From the NCBI GenBank assembly GCA_015061545.1, contig SUWJ01000011.1, positions 2,035 to 66,034 of the forward strand: a DNA stretch of 64,000 nt, given 5' to 3'. Each line of letters begins with the position of its first letter. Positions within the stretch are counted from its first letter, which is position 1. Shown piece by piece: positions 44,402 through 53,257 of the stretch. Both the position numbers and the translations under genes were made by a program. Source of the stretch: Lentisphaerota bacterium. GTDB lineage: Bacteria > Verrucomicrobiota > Lentisphaeria > Victivallales > Victivallaceae. The notes under the pieces are model-generated. The model had not been told where the DNA came from and searched no databases. It saw nothing but the letters and a program-made list of their open reading frames with translations.

Positions 44402-45322
44402 CTATTTATCTTCAAAAAAGTCGCTGCGTTTGAATTTATAGCTGCGGCAGCAGAAGTTGCATTTGATTTCGGGATTCGGCCGTTCAGTAAAAAGTTTTTC
44501 CAGATCGTTTTTGCCCAGAACGGTCATGGCGCGGCGCATACTTTCTTCGCTGCAGCGGCATTGCCAGACGGGTTTTATGCCGATGGTGAAAACGCATTTT
44601 TCGGGATCAAACTCCTCGATATTAGCTGCGTATGCCAGTTCGGTCAACAGCTTTTTCATGCCCTGTTCGGGTTCGGCAAGGTCAAATTTTTTGCGTATTT
44701 CATTGGCGGCGGCGCCGTGCATGGCGTTGCGCAGCTGACCGAACAGCTCCAGATCGCATCCCGGCATTGCCTGCAGCATAAGTACCGACATCCTTGCAAC
44801 AGGCCGCTGCGGATCGGGCTGCCACTCCGTCCAGGTGCGGATCTCCGTTTCCAGCTGATTGCTTACACAAAAGAAAAATGCCAGATCGTTGGCAGGATCT
44901 GCCAGCGGCGCACGGGTTTGACCCGAGTTGAGGATCTTGCCGTCCGGCGTGGAGCGCGTTACATAGACCATGCCGTCGTTATCGCCGTAAAGGTCGCCGA
45001 TGCCGCAGGGGCCGTTATCCAGCACGTGCGGCGCAAAGGGCACTCCGCGCACGCTGCCGTCGTCAGAGGCTTCCACGATCATTCCCCGCAGAGAACCGGG
45101 GTATTCGTAGCGGATGGAAAAACGGTTGTTTTCGTCCAGCATGGCGGCTGAAGCTGCTGCTGCACTCAGCGCCGAAGCAAAAGCCGCTGCCGCCGCCGGA
45201 TCGGTATCGTGAGTAGTGATTCCTGCATTCACCAGATTGGTAGTTTCCGCCCACACTGCACGCAGGTTCAAACCGGTGTGCAAACCGCGGATAAGGCAAT
45301 CCTGTTCCATTGATCTCTCCAA
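44402..45322 (-). CDS. hslO: redox-regulated chaperone Hsp33
   Basis: C-terminal zinc centre WQCRCSEESM...IKCNFCCRSYKF (CxC...CxxC), with an Hsp33 N-terminal core. Confidence 0.9.
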   Translation of the reverse strand: MERSMEQDCLIRGLHTGLNLRAVWAETTNLVNAGITTHDTDPAAAAAFASALSAAAASAAMLDENNRFSIRYEYPGSLRGMIVEASDDGSVRGVPFAPHVLDNGPCGIGDLYGDNDGMVYVTRSTPDGKILNSGQTRAPLADPANDLAFFFCVSNQLETEIRTWTEWQPDPQRPVARMSVLMLQAMPGCDLELFGQLRNAMHGAAANEIRKKFDLAEPEQGMKKLLTELAYAANIEEFDPEKCVFTIGIKPVWQCRCSEESMRRAMTVLGKNDLEKLFTERPNPEIKCNFCCRSYKFKRSDFFEDK

Positions 45323-45345
45323 AAGTTAACTGCTTTAAAAACGCA

Positions 45346-45387
45346 ACGCCGCGCAAGCTGTTCCGTCTTTGCGGCGTCGTGTTTTTT
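45346..45387 (-). terminator. candidate terminator/attenuator between the nifU-like gene and hslO
   Basis: ACGCCGC (18-nt loop) GCGGCGT, a 7-bp GC-rich stem. T-runs follow within 4 nt on both strands. Confidence 0.4.
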
Positions 45388-45415
45388 AGATTCACAAGCT
45401 GAAAATTTTGTTGCG

Positions 45416-45646
45416 TTACAATACGCGTTCAATGGTGATTTCGGGATCGAGTTCTTCGCGCAGGACCCGTTCCAAACCATTTTTGATGGTTATGGCGGCA
45501 TGAGGACATCCGCCGCAGGCACCGCGCAGCTTGAGCCTGACAAGCTTGCCTTCGATGGAAACAATCTCCAGATCGCCGCCGTCAGCTTGCAGGTATTGAC
45601 GCATTTCGTTCAGTCTTTCGGTGATTTTATCAGCTGAAATTTCCAT
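45416..45646 (-). CDS. NifU-like (Nfu C-terminal) Fe-S cluster domain protein
   Basis: 76 aa with YLQADGGDLEIVSIEGKLVRLKLRGACGGCPHA (CxxC). Confidence 0.85.
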   Translation of the reverse strand: MEISADKITERLNEMRQYLQADGGDLEIVSIEGKLVRLKLRGACGGCPHAAITIKNGLERVLREELDPEITIERVL

Positions 45647-45758
45647 TTTTTATTTGCCTTTTTTCTTTTATATGGTGTATAGTATGCCTGATTTACTTTA
45701 AATTAACGCATTGAGAAATGCAATGCAAATATAAAACTCAATTTTTACGGAAAAAATT

Positions 45759-46043
45759 ATGAACAAAACTATCGAAATCGACGGAACACTTTTCAACGGT
45801 ACAGCTGTTGCCACGCCTCATGCCACTTTACTGGTCATAACCGGAGCCAACGGGATTCTGGGCTGCGGGTATCTGAGCGTGGTTACTGCCGACAAACTTA
45901 ACGACGCGCTGGCGGTGGTGCGCGGAGTTGCCAACTTTGATGATATGCTGGCAGCTCAAGTCTGCGAAGTATCAACTGCAGCGGCGGAAATGGGTGTAAC
46001 TGTCGGTATGTCGGGGCGCGAAGCGCTTAAATTGATGAAATAA
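45759..46043 (+). CDS. DUF1805 (YunC-like) protein
   Basis: 94 aa with TLLVITGANGILGCGYLSVVTADKLNDALAVVRGV, which is typical of DUF1805. Confidence 0.7.
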   Translation: MNKTIEIDGTLFNGTAVATPHATLLVITGANGILGCGYLSVVTADKLNDALAVVRGVANFDDMLAAQVCEVSTAAAEMGVTVGMSGREALKLMK

Positions 46044-46068
46044 TTTTACAGCTTGAAAATTTCCGATC

Positions 46069-47193
46069 ATGAAAGTTGTTGCCGACGATAAAATACCCTT
46101 TCTCAAGGGAGTTCTGGAGTCTGAAAATATTGCTGTTGACTACTTGGCAGGGGGTAAAATCTCCGCCGCAGATTTGCGCGACTGCAATGCCATCATCACC
46201 CGTACCCGTACCAAATGCAACGAAGCGCTGCTGGCGGGATCGCCGGTCGAATTCATTGCCTCGGCCACCATCGGTTTTGACCACCTGGATACGGAGTATC
46301 TGGATAAAAACAATATAGTCTGGACCAATTCGCCGGGGTGCAATTCTTCCAGCGTGGCGCAGTATATTACTTCGCTGCTGCTCAACTGGGCGGTGAAATA
46401 TGATTTTTCTTTGCGCGGCAAGGTGCTGGGAGTTATCGGCGTGGGCCATGTGGGCAGAAAAGTTGCAAAAGTCGGCGAAGCGCTGGGGATGCAACTTTTG
46501 CTTAACGATCCGCCCCGGGCGCGGCAGGAAAAAAGTGATTGTTTCGTAGAGCTGCAGGAGATCATAAGCAAGGCAGATATTATTACCGTACACGTTCCGC
46601 TGGAGTACAAAGGTCAGGATCAGACTTATCACTTGATCGGCAAAGATTTTTTAAGTCAGCTCCAAGCTCATCAGCTGCTGGTCAACGCTTCCCGCGGGGA
46701 AGTTGCAGATAATGCTGCCTTGCGCGAAGCACTGAAAAAAGGCACTTTGCGCGGTGCGGCGCTGGATGTATGGGAAAATGAGCCGTCAATAGATCTGGAA
46801 TTGCTGGAGCTGCTGGATTATGCCACACCGCATATTGCAGGCTACTCCACCGACGGTAAAGCCAACGGTACAAGCATGAGCGTAAATGCGCTGGCGGAAT
46901 TTTTCAATTTGAGCGACCGCCTGAAAAATTGGTATCCGGATAACGTGCCGATGGTGGAAAAGAATCATTTGACTCTGCCCGCAAGCGGTTCGGAGGCAGA
47001 ACGGCTGCTGGCGGTGGTTTCGCAAAGTTACGATATCGCTGACGACAGCGCCCGACTGCGGCGCGATCCGGCGGCGTTTGAAGAGCTGCGCGGCAGTTAT
47101 CCGCTGCGGCGGGAGTTTCATAATTTTACGGTGAGTAATTGCGATGCAGTATGCAGCGGAGTGCTGAAAAAACTCGGGTTTATAACGGAATAA
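46069..47193 (+). CDS. pdxB: 4-phosphoerythronate dehydrogenase
   Basis: MKVVADDKIPFLKGVLE N-terminus, GVIGVGHVGRKV (NAD fold), NASRGEV and PHIAGYS. Length is ~374 aa, with the PdxB-type C-terminal dimerisation region. Confidence 0.85.
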   Translation: MKVVADDKIPFLKGVLESENIAVDYLAGGKISAADLRDCNAIITRTRTKCNEALLAGSPVEFIASATIGFDHLDTEYLDKNNIVWTNSPGCNSSSVAQYITSLLLNWAVKYDFSLRGKVLGVIGVGHVGRKVAKVGEALGMQLLLNDPPRARQEKSDCFVELQEIISKADIITVHVPLEYKGQDQTYHLIGKDFLSQLQAHQLLVNASRGEVADNAALREALKKGTLRGAALDVWENEPSIDLELLELLDYATPHIAGYSTDGKANGTSMSVNALAEFFNLSDRLKNWYPDNVPMVEKNHLTLPASGSEAERLLAVVSQSYDIADDSARLRRDPAAFEELRGSYPLRREFHNFTVSNCDAVCSGVLKKLGFITE

Positions 47194-47201
47194 ATTTGTT
47201 T

Positions 47202-49007
47202 ATGGCACACGGGAAAAATCTTTTACAGAAAATAGCCGATATTTTATTGTTGGCAACAGTTTTTATTGCTCCGCTTAAATTGGGCGGTATGCTGCTGCCC
47301 GGAGTGCCGGGAGTGTTTCCAACGAATGTGCTGGAACTTGTGATTCAGATTGCACCTCCTATGGCGTTTGCGCTGCTGGCGGCGCTGCTGCTGATCGTTC
47401 AGCTGGCGGCATATGCTGTGCCGGAAAATTTTACGCTTAAAAATCCGCAGATCAAACTGCTGCTGCTGTGGCTGATTCTGCCGTTGGCGGCGTTGATCGG
47501 ATTTATAAATGCTACTTCGCTTGAAAGCGCCGTTGTCGAATTTGAGTACACTCTGGCGCTGGCGGCGTTTGCGGCAGCTGCGGCGCTGAATTTGACTGCC
47601 AACGGAAAAATCATGCAGGATAAACTGCTTAACACAATGGTGTGGAGTACGATGCTGACTGCGCTGCTGGGCGCAAATCAATACTTCTTCGGATTTGACG
47701 AAATGAAGGAGTATATCGAATTGCAGGAAAAAGTCTACCATGTAAAAATTACTCCCGAAATCAAGGCCCGTGCGCTGGATGTGCGCACTTATGCAACTTT
47801 CACCTTTGCCAGCGCGCTGGCTGCCATGTTTTGTCTGACCGGCGCTTTGAGTGTGGTCAAGGCGTATTTTGCAGGTGAACGCGTTGAACCGGCCAGGGTG
47901 TCCAGATCGCTTTTCGGAGGCGTGACTCTTTTGCTGGTCGGCGGGATTTTTCTGACCACCAAAGGCCGCAGCGCTTTTCTGGCGATGATCGTAGCGGCGG
48001 CGGTGTGCGGATTTGTTAAGCTGAAAAGAGCCAGAATCAAACTGCTGGTGGCGGTTGCCGGAGCGATCTGCATTATAGCCGGGGCTTTTTATATCCACTA
48101 CGCAGGACGGGGATTCGGTTCGATGACCGAACGGGTCGGTTATCTGAAAAGCAGTCTGGAAATGTTCTGCAATCACCCGTTGCTGGGCGATGGCTGGGGC
48201 GATTTTACCTTTCATCATGCGGTCAACAAAAGTTTCGGCAATGAAGAACTTGCCAAAGATCCTCATAATTTTGTGGCGGCATTTGCCAGTCAGACCGGTG
48301 TTATCGGTGGAATCATTGCTTTGCTTATGCTGTTCTATCCGCTTTGGCTCTCAGGGCGTAAGGCTGGTAAAAACAACGATCTTGTGCAGTTGAGCATTTT
48401 TGCCGGATTGAGCGCTTTCTCGCTGCATATACTTATGGATCTGGATTGGCAGGTGCCTGCTTTGATGATCTGGTACGCGGTGCTGGTAATGATCGCGGTT
48501 GCGGAGTTTGAGGGTGAAAATGCAGCCGCGGCAACTGCAGTCGGAAAAAAGATCTGGTGTTCAGCACTTGTCCTGCTGGCGCTGATTGCTCTACTGGGCG
48601 CGGGGCATTGGTGCATTGCCGATCAAACCCACAGCGAATTTTTGCGTGCTGCGGGGCAGGAGATCGGCGTAAATAACACTATGCGCGGAGTTTATGAAGT
48701 GGATGCTCTGGCGGAAAAAAGTTTGCGCTGGCAGCCGTATTCTCACTCGATATACGCTTCATGGGCGCTGGATGCAGTCCGGCGCGGCAATTACCCCGTT
48801 GCCGAAAAACGCTATTTGACTGCTTTGAAAATGGTTCCCCGCTCTCACGCGCTGCACGAGCGGCTGGGCGATTTGTACGAATTGCAGGGCAACTCAAGCA
48901 AGGCTGCGGAATTTCACGCCGAAGCGGATCGGCTGTTTCCGTATAAAAAGATATTTTTTGAAAAACGCGGCGGAAAAGTTCCCGCTCCCGCCGCCGGGAG
49001 TTACTGA
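47202..49007 (+). CDS. O-antigen ligase (Wzy_C)-like polytopic membrane protein with C-terminal TPR-like region
   Basis: At least 10 predicted TM segments. Contains TTKGRSAFLAMIVAAAV and a loop HPLLGDGWGDFTFHH. The C-terminal soluble part has TPR-like helices (YLTALKMVPRSHALHERLGDLYELQGNSSKAAEF). Confidence 0.72.
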   Translation: MAHGKNLLQKIADILLLATVFIAPLKLGGMLLPGVPGVFPTNVLELVIQIAPPMAFALLAALLLIVQLAAYAVPENFTLKNPQIKLLLLWLILPLAALIGFINATSLESAVVEFEYTLALAAFAAAAALNLTANGKIMQDKLLNTMVWSTMLTALLGANQYFFGFDEMKEYIELQEKVYHVKITPEIKARALDVRTYATFTFASALAAMFCLTGALSVVKAYFAGERVEPARVSRSLFGGVTLLLVGGIFLTTKGRSAFLAMIVAAAVCGFVKLKRARIKLLVAVAGAICIIAGAFYIHYAGRGFGSMTERVGYLKSSLEMFCNHPLLGDGWGDFTFHHAVNKSFGNEELAKDPHNFVAAFASQTGVIGGIIALLMLFYPLWLSGRKAGKNNDLVQLSIFAGLSAFSLHILMDLDWQVPALMIWYAVLVMIAVAEFEGENAAAATAVGKKIWCSALVLLALIALLGAGHWCIADQTHSEFLRAAGQEIGVNNTMRGVYEVDALAEKSLRWQPYSHSIYASWALDAVRRGNYPVAEKRYLTALKMVPRSHALHERLGDLYELQGNSSKAAEFHAEADRLFPYKKIFFEKRGGKVPAPAAGSY

Positions 49008-49831
49008 TGCCTGAATTACCAGAAGTTGAAACGATTGGACGGGCTTTGAAGAGCTATCTGACCGGCAGGTCGATCCGGAAGGTGGAGCTTTTTGCGGAAA
49101 AATTGCGTGAACCGCTTGACTCACTTAAAGATCCGCGGATGTTGGGCAAAAAGGTTCTGGATGTGCGCCGCCGCGGCAGATATCTGATTGTGGATCTGGA
49201 AGAAAATCTGGCGCTGCTGATGCATTTTGGTATGTCAGGGGTGCTTAAAACAGTTCCGCTGGCTCAGGCGCGTGCCAAACACGAACACGTTATTTTTGAT
49301 CTGGGCAACGGCGAAAGTCTGCGCTTTGAGTGTCCGCGCCGTTTCAGTTTGCTTAAATTGCTGGATTTGCCCTGTGCAGGAGCAATTCCTGCTGAGTTGA
49401 ACAAACTTGGCGTTGAGCCGTTGAGCGATGAATTCAATGCGGAGTATTTCTGTGCGGCTGCGCAGAAGCGCAAACTGTCGGTCAAAGAGTTTTTGATGCT
49501 TAACGAAGTCGTTACGGGTGTCGGCAATATTTACGCTACCGAAGCGCTGTTCAAATGCCGTATATCCCCCCTGCGGGCAGCTTGCGATGTAACTGCAAAA
49601 GAGGCTCAACAGCTGGTTGCTGAAGTAAAGGCTATTTTGCTGGATTCCATAAATTCAGGCGGCACGACTTTTTCCGATTACCGCCAGCTGGATGGCTCCA
49701 CGGGCAAATATGTTCTGGCGCTGGATGCTTACGGCCGCGCCGGTGAACCATGCCGGGTTTGCGGAACTTTGCTGGCGGCAGTCAAGCAGGGCGGACGCAC
49801 TACGGCATATTGTCCCAAGTGTCAGAAATAA
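49007..49831 (+). CDS. mutM: formamidopyrimidine-DNA glycosylase
   Basis: MPELPEVETI N-terminus, an H2TH region, and the C-terminal zinc finger CRVCGTLLAAVKQGGRTTAYCPKCQ. There is a 1-nt overlap (TGATG) with the upstream gene. Confidence 0.93.
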   Translation: MPELPEVETIGRALKSYLTGRSIRKVELFAEKLREPLDSLKDPRMLGKKVLDVRRRGRYLIVDLEENLALLMHFGMSGVLKTVPLAQARAKHEHVIFDLGNGESLRFECPRRFSLLKLLDLPCAGAIPAELNKLGVEPLSDEFNAEYFCAAAQKRKLSVKEFLMLNEVVTGVGNIYATEALFKCRISPLRAACDVTAKEAQQLVAEVKAILLDSINSGGTTFSDYRQLDGSTGKYVLALDAYGRAGEPCRVCGTLLAAVKQGGRTTAYCPKCQK

Positions 49832-49840
49832 CCCGTTAAG

Positions 49841-50515
49841 TTACTGCAAATGACTCCGTAAAAAGAACATGGCGGCCTGCGCATTACCCAGCAGAAAGGC
49901 ATCCGCCAGCGCCCGGTGAGCAAGATTGGTTGCCAATACCTGCTCGCACGTCAAGCGTATGTTATTATCGGCCAATTCGTTGCGGCGGGTGAAAAAATCT
50001 TCCAGCGATTGATTGACCAGATCAAGGAGTTGGCAGGAAGCCGGTTTCAGCAAGGCTTGATGAAACTTTATTTCCGCAAGGGTAAAGTCCCGCAGCGCAG
50101 TATTGTCGTTGACTGCGTCAAAACTTTCCAATGCTGCCAATGCCTGCCTTACCGCCTGACGGTCATCGTCATTGGCATTGTTTACCGCATCGGCTATCGC
50201 TCCTGATTCAAGGATGCGGCGCAAAGCATAAAGCTCATCAAGATCGCTCAACCCCGACCGGGTCAGCGCGTGCAGAACTCCGCTCATGGCACTCGACAAA
50301 GACGGCTTTTGAACCCGATAGCCCGATCCGCGGCGGCTGGTCAGCAAGCCCAGCGCTTTCAAACTGCTGAGCGCTTCGCGCAAGATCACCCGCGAAACCT
50401 TCAACTCGCCCAGCAAAACATTTTCCGATGGCAGCGGATCGTTTTCCGCAAGATGATGAATACGGATGTAGTCGAGCAGCTGCTCAACGATCTGACGGTT
50501 CAAATTTTTTTCCAT
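49841..50515 (-). CDS. GntR family transcriptional regulator, FadR subfamily (FCD domain)
   Basis: LPSENVLLGELKVSRVILREALSSLKALGLLTSRRGSGYRV wHTH with an all-helical C-terminal domain. It is divergent from the SDR/AKR operon. Confidence 0.88.
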   Translation of the reverse strand: MEKNLNRQIVEQLLDYIRIHHLAENDPLPSENVLLGELKVSRVILREALSSLKALGLLTSRRGSGYRVQKPSLSSAMSGVLHALTRSGLSDLDELYALRRILESGAIADAVNNANDDDRQAVRQALAALESFDAVNDNTALRDFTLAEIKFHQALLKPASCQLLDLVNQSLEDFFTRRNELADNNIRLTCEQVLATNLAHRALADAFLLGNAQAAMFFLRSHLQ

Positions 50516-50778
50516 AAATCTGCCTTATACTCCTTGATCTGCACATTAATAGGATAAATTAACACCAAACTGTAAAAAAATCAAAGAAATATTACTAATT
50601 TAAGTCAAATTTGTTTGAAATTTGATTTGTACGGGTTATTTTTAAATATTAGTAATACAACATTAAATAAACCGACTCTGTTGCCAATGCGGGCAGGTCA
50701 ATAAAAAGTTATATGATTAACTTTTGTATTGTTTTTTTTACTTGATCGGGAACGGAGTCATAAATAAAGGGAAAGAGT

Positions 50779-51570
50779 ATGCACGTTTTGGAGAGTTTTT
50801 CGTTGGCGGGCAAAACTGCGCTGGTTACCGGCGGGGCAGGTTTGTATGGCAGACAGATCGTAGAAGCGCTGGCCGAAGCAGGCGCCAGAACCTTTATGGC
50901 TTCGCGCAACGTGGAAAAATTGCAGGCGTATGCCGATGAACTTGCCGAACGCAATTTGCAAGCGGAAGTTCTGGAGCTGGATCTGGCAAATCAAAACTCC
51001 ATAGATCAATGTGTGGAACAACTCATTGCTGCAGCGGGGAAGGTGGATATACTTATAAATAATGCGGTCAACCGCTGCGGTTGCCGCAGTTGGGATCTTT
51101 CGCTGGATGAGTTTGACGAAAGTTTCCGCATGAACAGCTCCAGTTTGTTCTATCTTACGCGGAAGATCTCCGATATTATGCGTCAGCAGGGCTGCGGCGG
51201 CTCCATTGTCAATATTGCAAGTTACATGGGGCTGCTGGGGCCGAATCCTCACAACTATCCCGATCCCGAAGCGATTTACAAGATGTCACCGGCGTATTTT
51301 TATGAAAAAGGCGGCATGATCAATTTTACCCGCTTTGCCGCCAGCGTGCTGGGGCGCGATAATATACGGGTCAACTGCCTTTGCCCCGGCGGTTTGCTGG
51401 ATAAGAGCATGAGCGGAGAATTTATTAAAAATTACAGCGCCAACACCATGCTGGGCCGCCTGGCGGAACAGAGCGACCTTAAAGGGCCGATCGTCTTTCT
51501 GGCGTCGGCGGCAAGCAGTTATCTTACGGGGGCGGTGATCCCCGTTGACGGCGGTTACGTTGCCAAATAA
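50779..51570 (+). CDS. SDR family oxidoreductase
   Basis: KTALVTGGAGLYGRQI (TGxxxGxG), LINNAV, and a C-terminal GAVIPVDGGY. Confidence 0.88.
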   Translation: MHVLESFSLAGKTALVTGGAGLYGRQIVEALAEAGARTFMASRNVEKLQAYADELAERNLQAEVLELDLANQNSIDQCVEQLIAAAGKVDILINNAVNRCGCRSWDLSLDEFDESFRMNSSSLFYLTRKISDIMRQQGCGGSIVNIASYMGLLGPNPHNYPDPEAIYKMSPAYFYEKGGMINFTRFAASVLGRDNIRVNCLCPGGLLDKSMSGEFIKNYSANTMLGRLAEQSDLKGPIVFLASAASSYLTGAVIPVDGGYVAK

Positions 51571-51597
51571 AACCGCAGGAGTGAAAGGTCTTTTACT

Positions 51598-52485
51598 ATG
51601 AAATTTTCCAGAATCATGCTGGGTACAGTTCAGTTCGGTCTTAAATACGGTATAAATAACAGCACAGGACAGCCTTCGCCGGATACGGTGCGCCGCATAC
51701 TGCGCGTGGCTGCCGATGGCGGGATCAATGTGCTGGATACCGCCCGCAATTACGGCGACAGCGAAGAAGTGCTGGGCATGGCGCTTAAAGCCGAAGGGCT
51801 GGAAAAGGAGTTTTATATTATTTCCAAAGTGAAACTCTTTCCGGAAAATATCACGGAGCAGGAAGTCCCGGCGTGGATAACTGCTTCGGTCACTCAGAGT
51901 TTGCGCTATCTCAAACGCGATAAACTCGACGGCTTGCTGCTGCATCACGAAAAAGATCTGCCATTTTATGATTATATGAATATGGCTCTGGAGAATAACT
52001 GGAGCCATGCCGTGGGCGCCTCTTTAGACAGCGTTGCCGGCAGTCCGGCTGAATATACCAATAAACTGCTTATGGCGCAAGTGCCGGGCAATATTCTTGA
52101 TCGCAGATTTTTTGAAACTGCCCGCCGGATCAAAGCCCGCGGCGGAAAGGTTTTCTGCCGCAGCGTATATCTGCAAGGTTTGCTATTTAAAAATCCTGCT
52201 GATCTGCAGGAAAAATTTGCTCCTTTGCTGGATGTTCGCCGCAAGCTGGAAAAACTAAGTGCCGAAGCGGGGATACCGCCCGCCGAATTATATTTCAGGT
52301 TTCTTTTAAGTCAGGATATGTTCGACTGTATTTTAAGCGGTGTCGATACTGTGGAGCAAATGCAGGAAAATATCCGTATCGCTCAAAAGGGCGCATTAAG
52401 CAGCGATCTGCTTGAGGCTATAGAAAAAATCGATCCCGCCTTGCCCGAAAAATACGTCCGCCCCTCCAGCTGGAGCAGTTTATAA
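51598..52485 (+). CDS. aldo/keto reductase
   Basis: LGTVQFGLKYG, INVLDTARNYGDSEEVLG and LLLHH. Length is ~295 aa. Confidence 0.85.
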   Translation: MKFSRIMLGTVQFGLKYGINNSTGQPSPDTVRRILRVAADGGINVLDTARNYGDSEEVLGMALKAEGLEKEFYIISKVKLFPENITEQEVPAWITASVTQSLRYLKRDKLDGLLLHHEKDLPFYDYMNMALENNWSHAVGASLDSVAGSPAEYTNKLLMAQVPGNILDRRFFETARRIKARGGKVFCRSVYLQGLLFKNPADLQEKFAPLLDVRRKLEKLSAEAGIPPAELYFRFLLSQDMFDCILSGVDTVEQMQENIRIAQKGALSSDLLEAIEKIDPALPEKYVRPSSWSSL

Positions 52486-52505
52486 GCTGCTGCCTTGTCT
52501 GTTTT

Positions 52506-52940
52506 TTACAATTGTCCGGCAGCGGGTGGTACTTTTATGATCCGCTGCCACTCTTCTAAGTCAAACTGGTCAAGGCAGGGGCATTGACTCGCCAGCTGCG
52601 GATATTTGGCAATTATATAAAGCCATTGGCGATGGGAAAATTTATCCCAACACGGGCAGTCTTTGAGAAAATACGGTTGCAGCAGCAGCAAATAAAACCA
52701 ATCGTCAACGCTTAATTTTTCCCTCGGGCACCTGTGCGCAGCCACTTCCGGATTATTGAGCATGATATCCACCCACTGAGCGCCGTTAAATTTATCCCAG
52801 CAGGGGCAATCGGAGGCACTTTCGGGATAAAAAGCTATCAAATGCGACCATATCTGACAAATCTCATTTTCAAGCTGAGTAAGTTTTTTCAGCAGTTCTG
52901 ATTTGCTTACGGGGGGATTTTTTACATTGTTTTCAGCCAT
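52506..52940 (-). CDS. small protein built of ~25-aa tandem repeats with CPxWDKF...W...P signature; unknown function
   Basis: Begins MAENNVKN. Repeats are CPCWDKFNGAQWVDIMLNNPEVAAH / RCPREKLSVDDWFYLLLLQPYFLKD / CPCWDKFSHRQWLYIIAKYPQLASQ / CPCLDQFDLEEWQRIIKVPP. GAGGAG lies 11 nt before ATG 52940. Confidence 0.6.
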   Translation of the reverse strand: MAENNVKNPPVSKSELLKKLTQLENEICQIWSHLIAFYPESASDCPCWDKFNGAQWVDIMLNNPEVAAHRCPREKLSVDDWFYLLLLQPYFLKDCPCWDKFSHRQWLYIIAKYPQLASQCPCLDQFDLEEWQRIIKVPPAAGQL

Positions 52941-52968
52941 AAAAAGGGGCACTCCTCAAGCAGGTTGC

Positions 52969-53100
52969 CCTTAATCACGCCTACCACAACGTTCCTCGCT
53001 ACAACACGACTTGAGTGTGCCCGTGATGACTCACGGACAACTCGTGTGTATAAGCGAGGACCTTGTGTAAAACGCTAATCTGTGGTAGGTTTGATTAAGG
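52969..53100. ncRNA. candidate structured RNA / long imperfect rod-like hairpin (~132 nt), strand unresolved
   Basis: Four nested helices: P1 52969-52988/53081-53100 (19 of 20 positions paired, one G.U on the plus reading), P2 52993-53000/53053-53060 (8 bp), P3 53004-53013/53038-53047 (6+3 bp around a C.C mismatch), and P4 53021-53026/53031-53036 (6 bp, loop TGAC). It lies in the 317-nt gap between the AraC gene stop and the repeat-protein start. Confidence 0.35.
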
Positions 53101-53257
53101 TTGTTTACACTTAAATTGTCAAATTTTAACAGTATTCAACGCCCGTAAATAAAGCGGAAAATACTATCGGTTTAATATAGCTTGCGTCTTGAAAAAATCA
53201 AATATCAGAACATTTTAAACTGTAAAAATCCCCTCGCCAGAGCAAGAAGTTTGTTTT

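Noticed and set aside
52953-53110. The structured element as 6S RNA, SRP RNA, retron msr/msd or an intrinsic terminator
   Set aside because: There is no large central bubble (6S), no GGAA-tetraloop/AGCA SRP domain IV signature, no adjacent reverse transcriptase, and no U-tract after the closing helix. It is kept only as an unclassified candidate.
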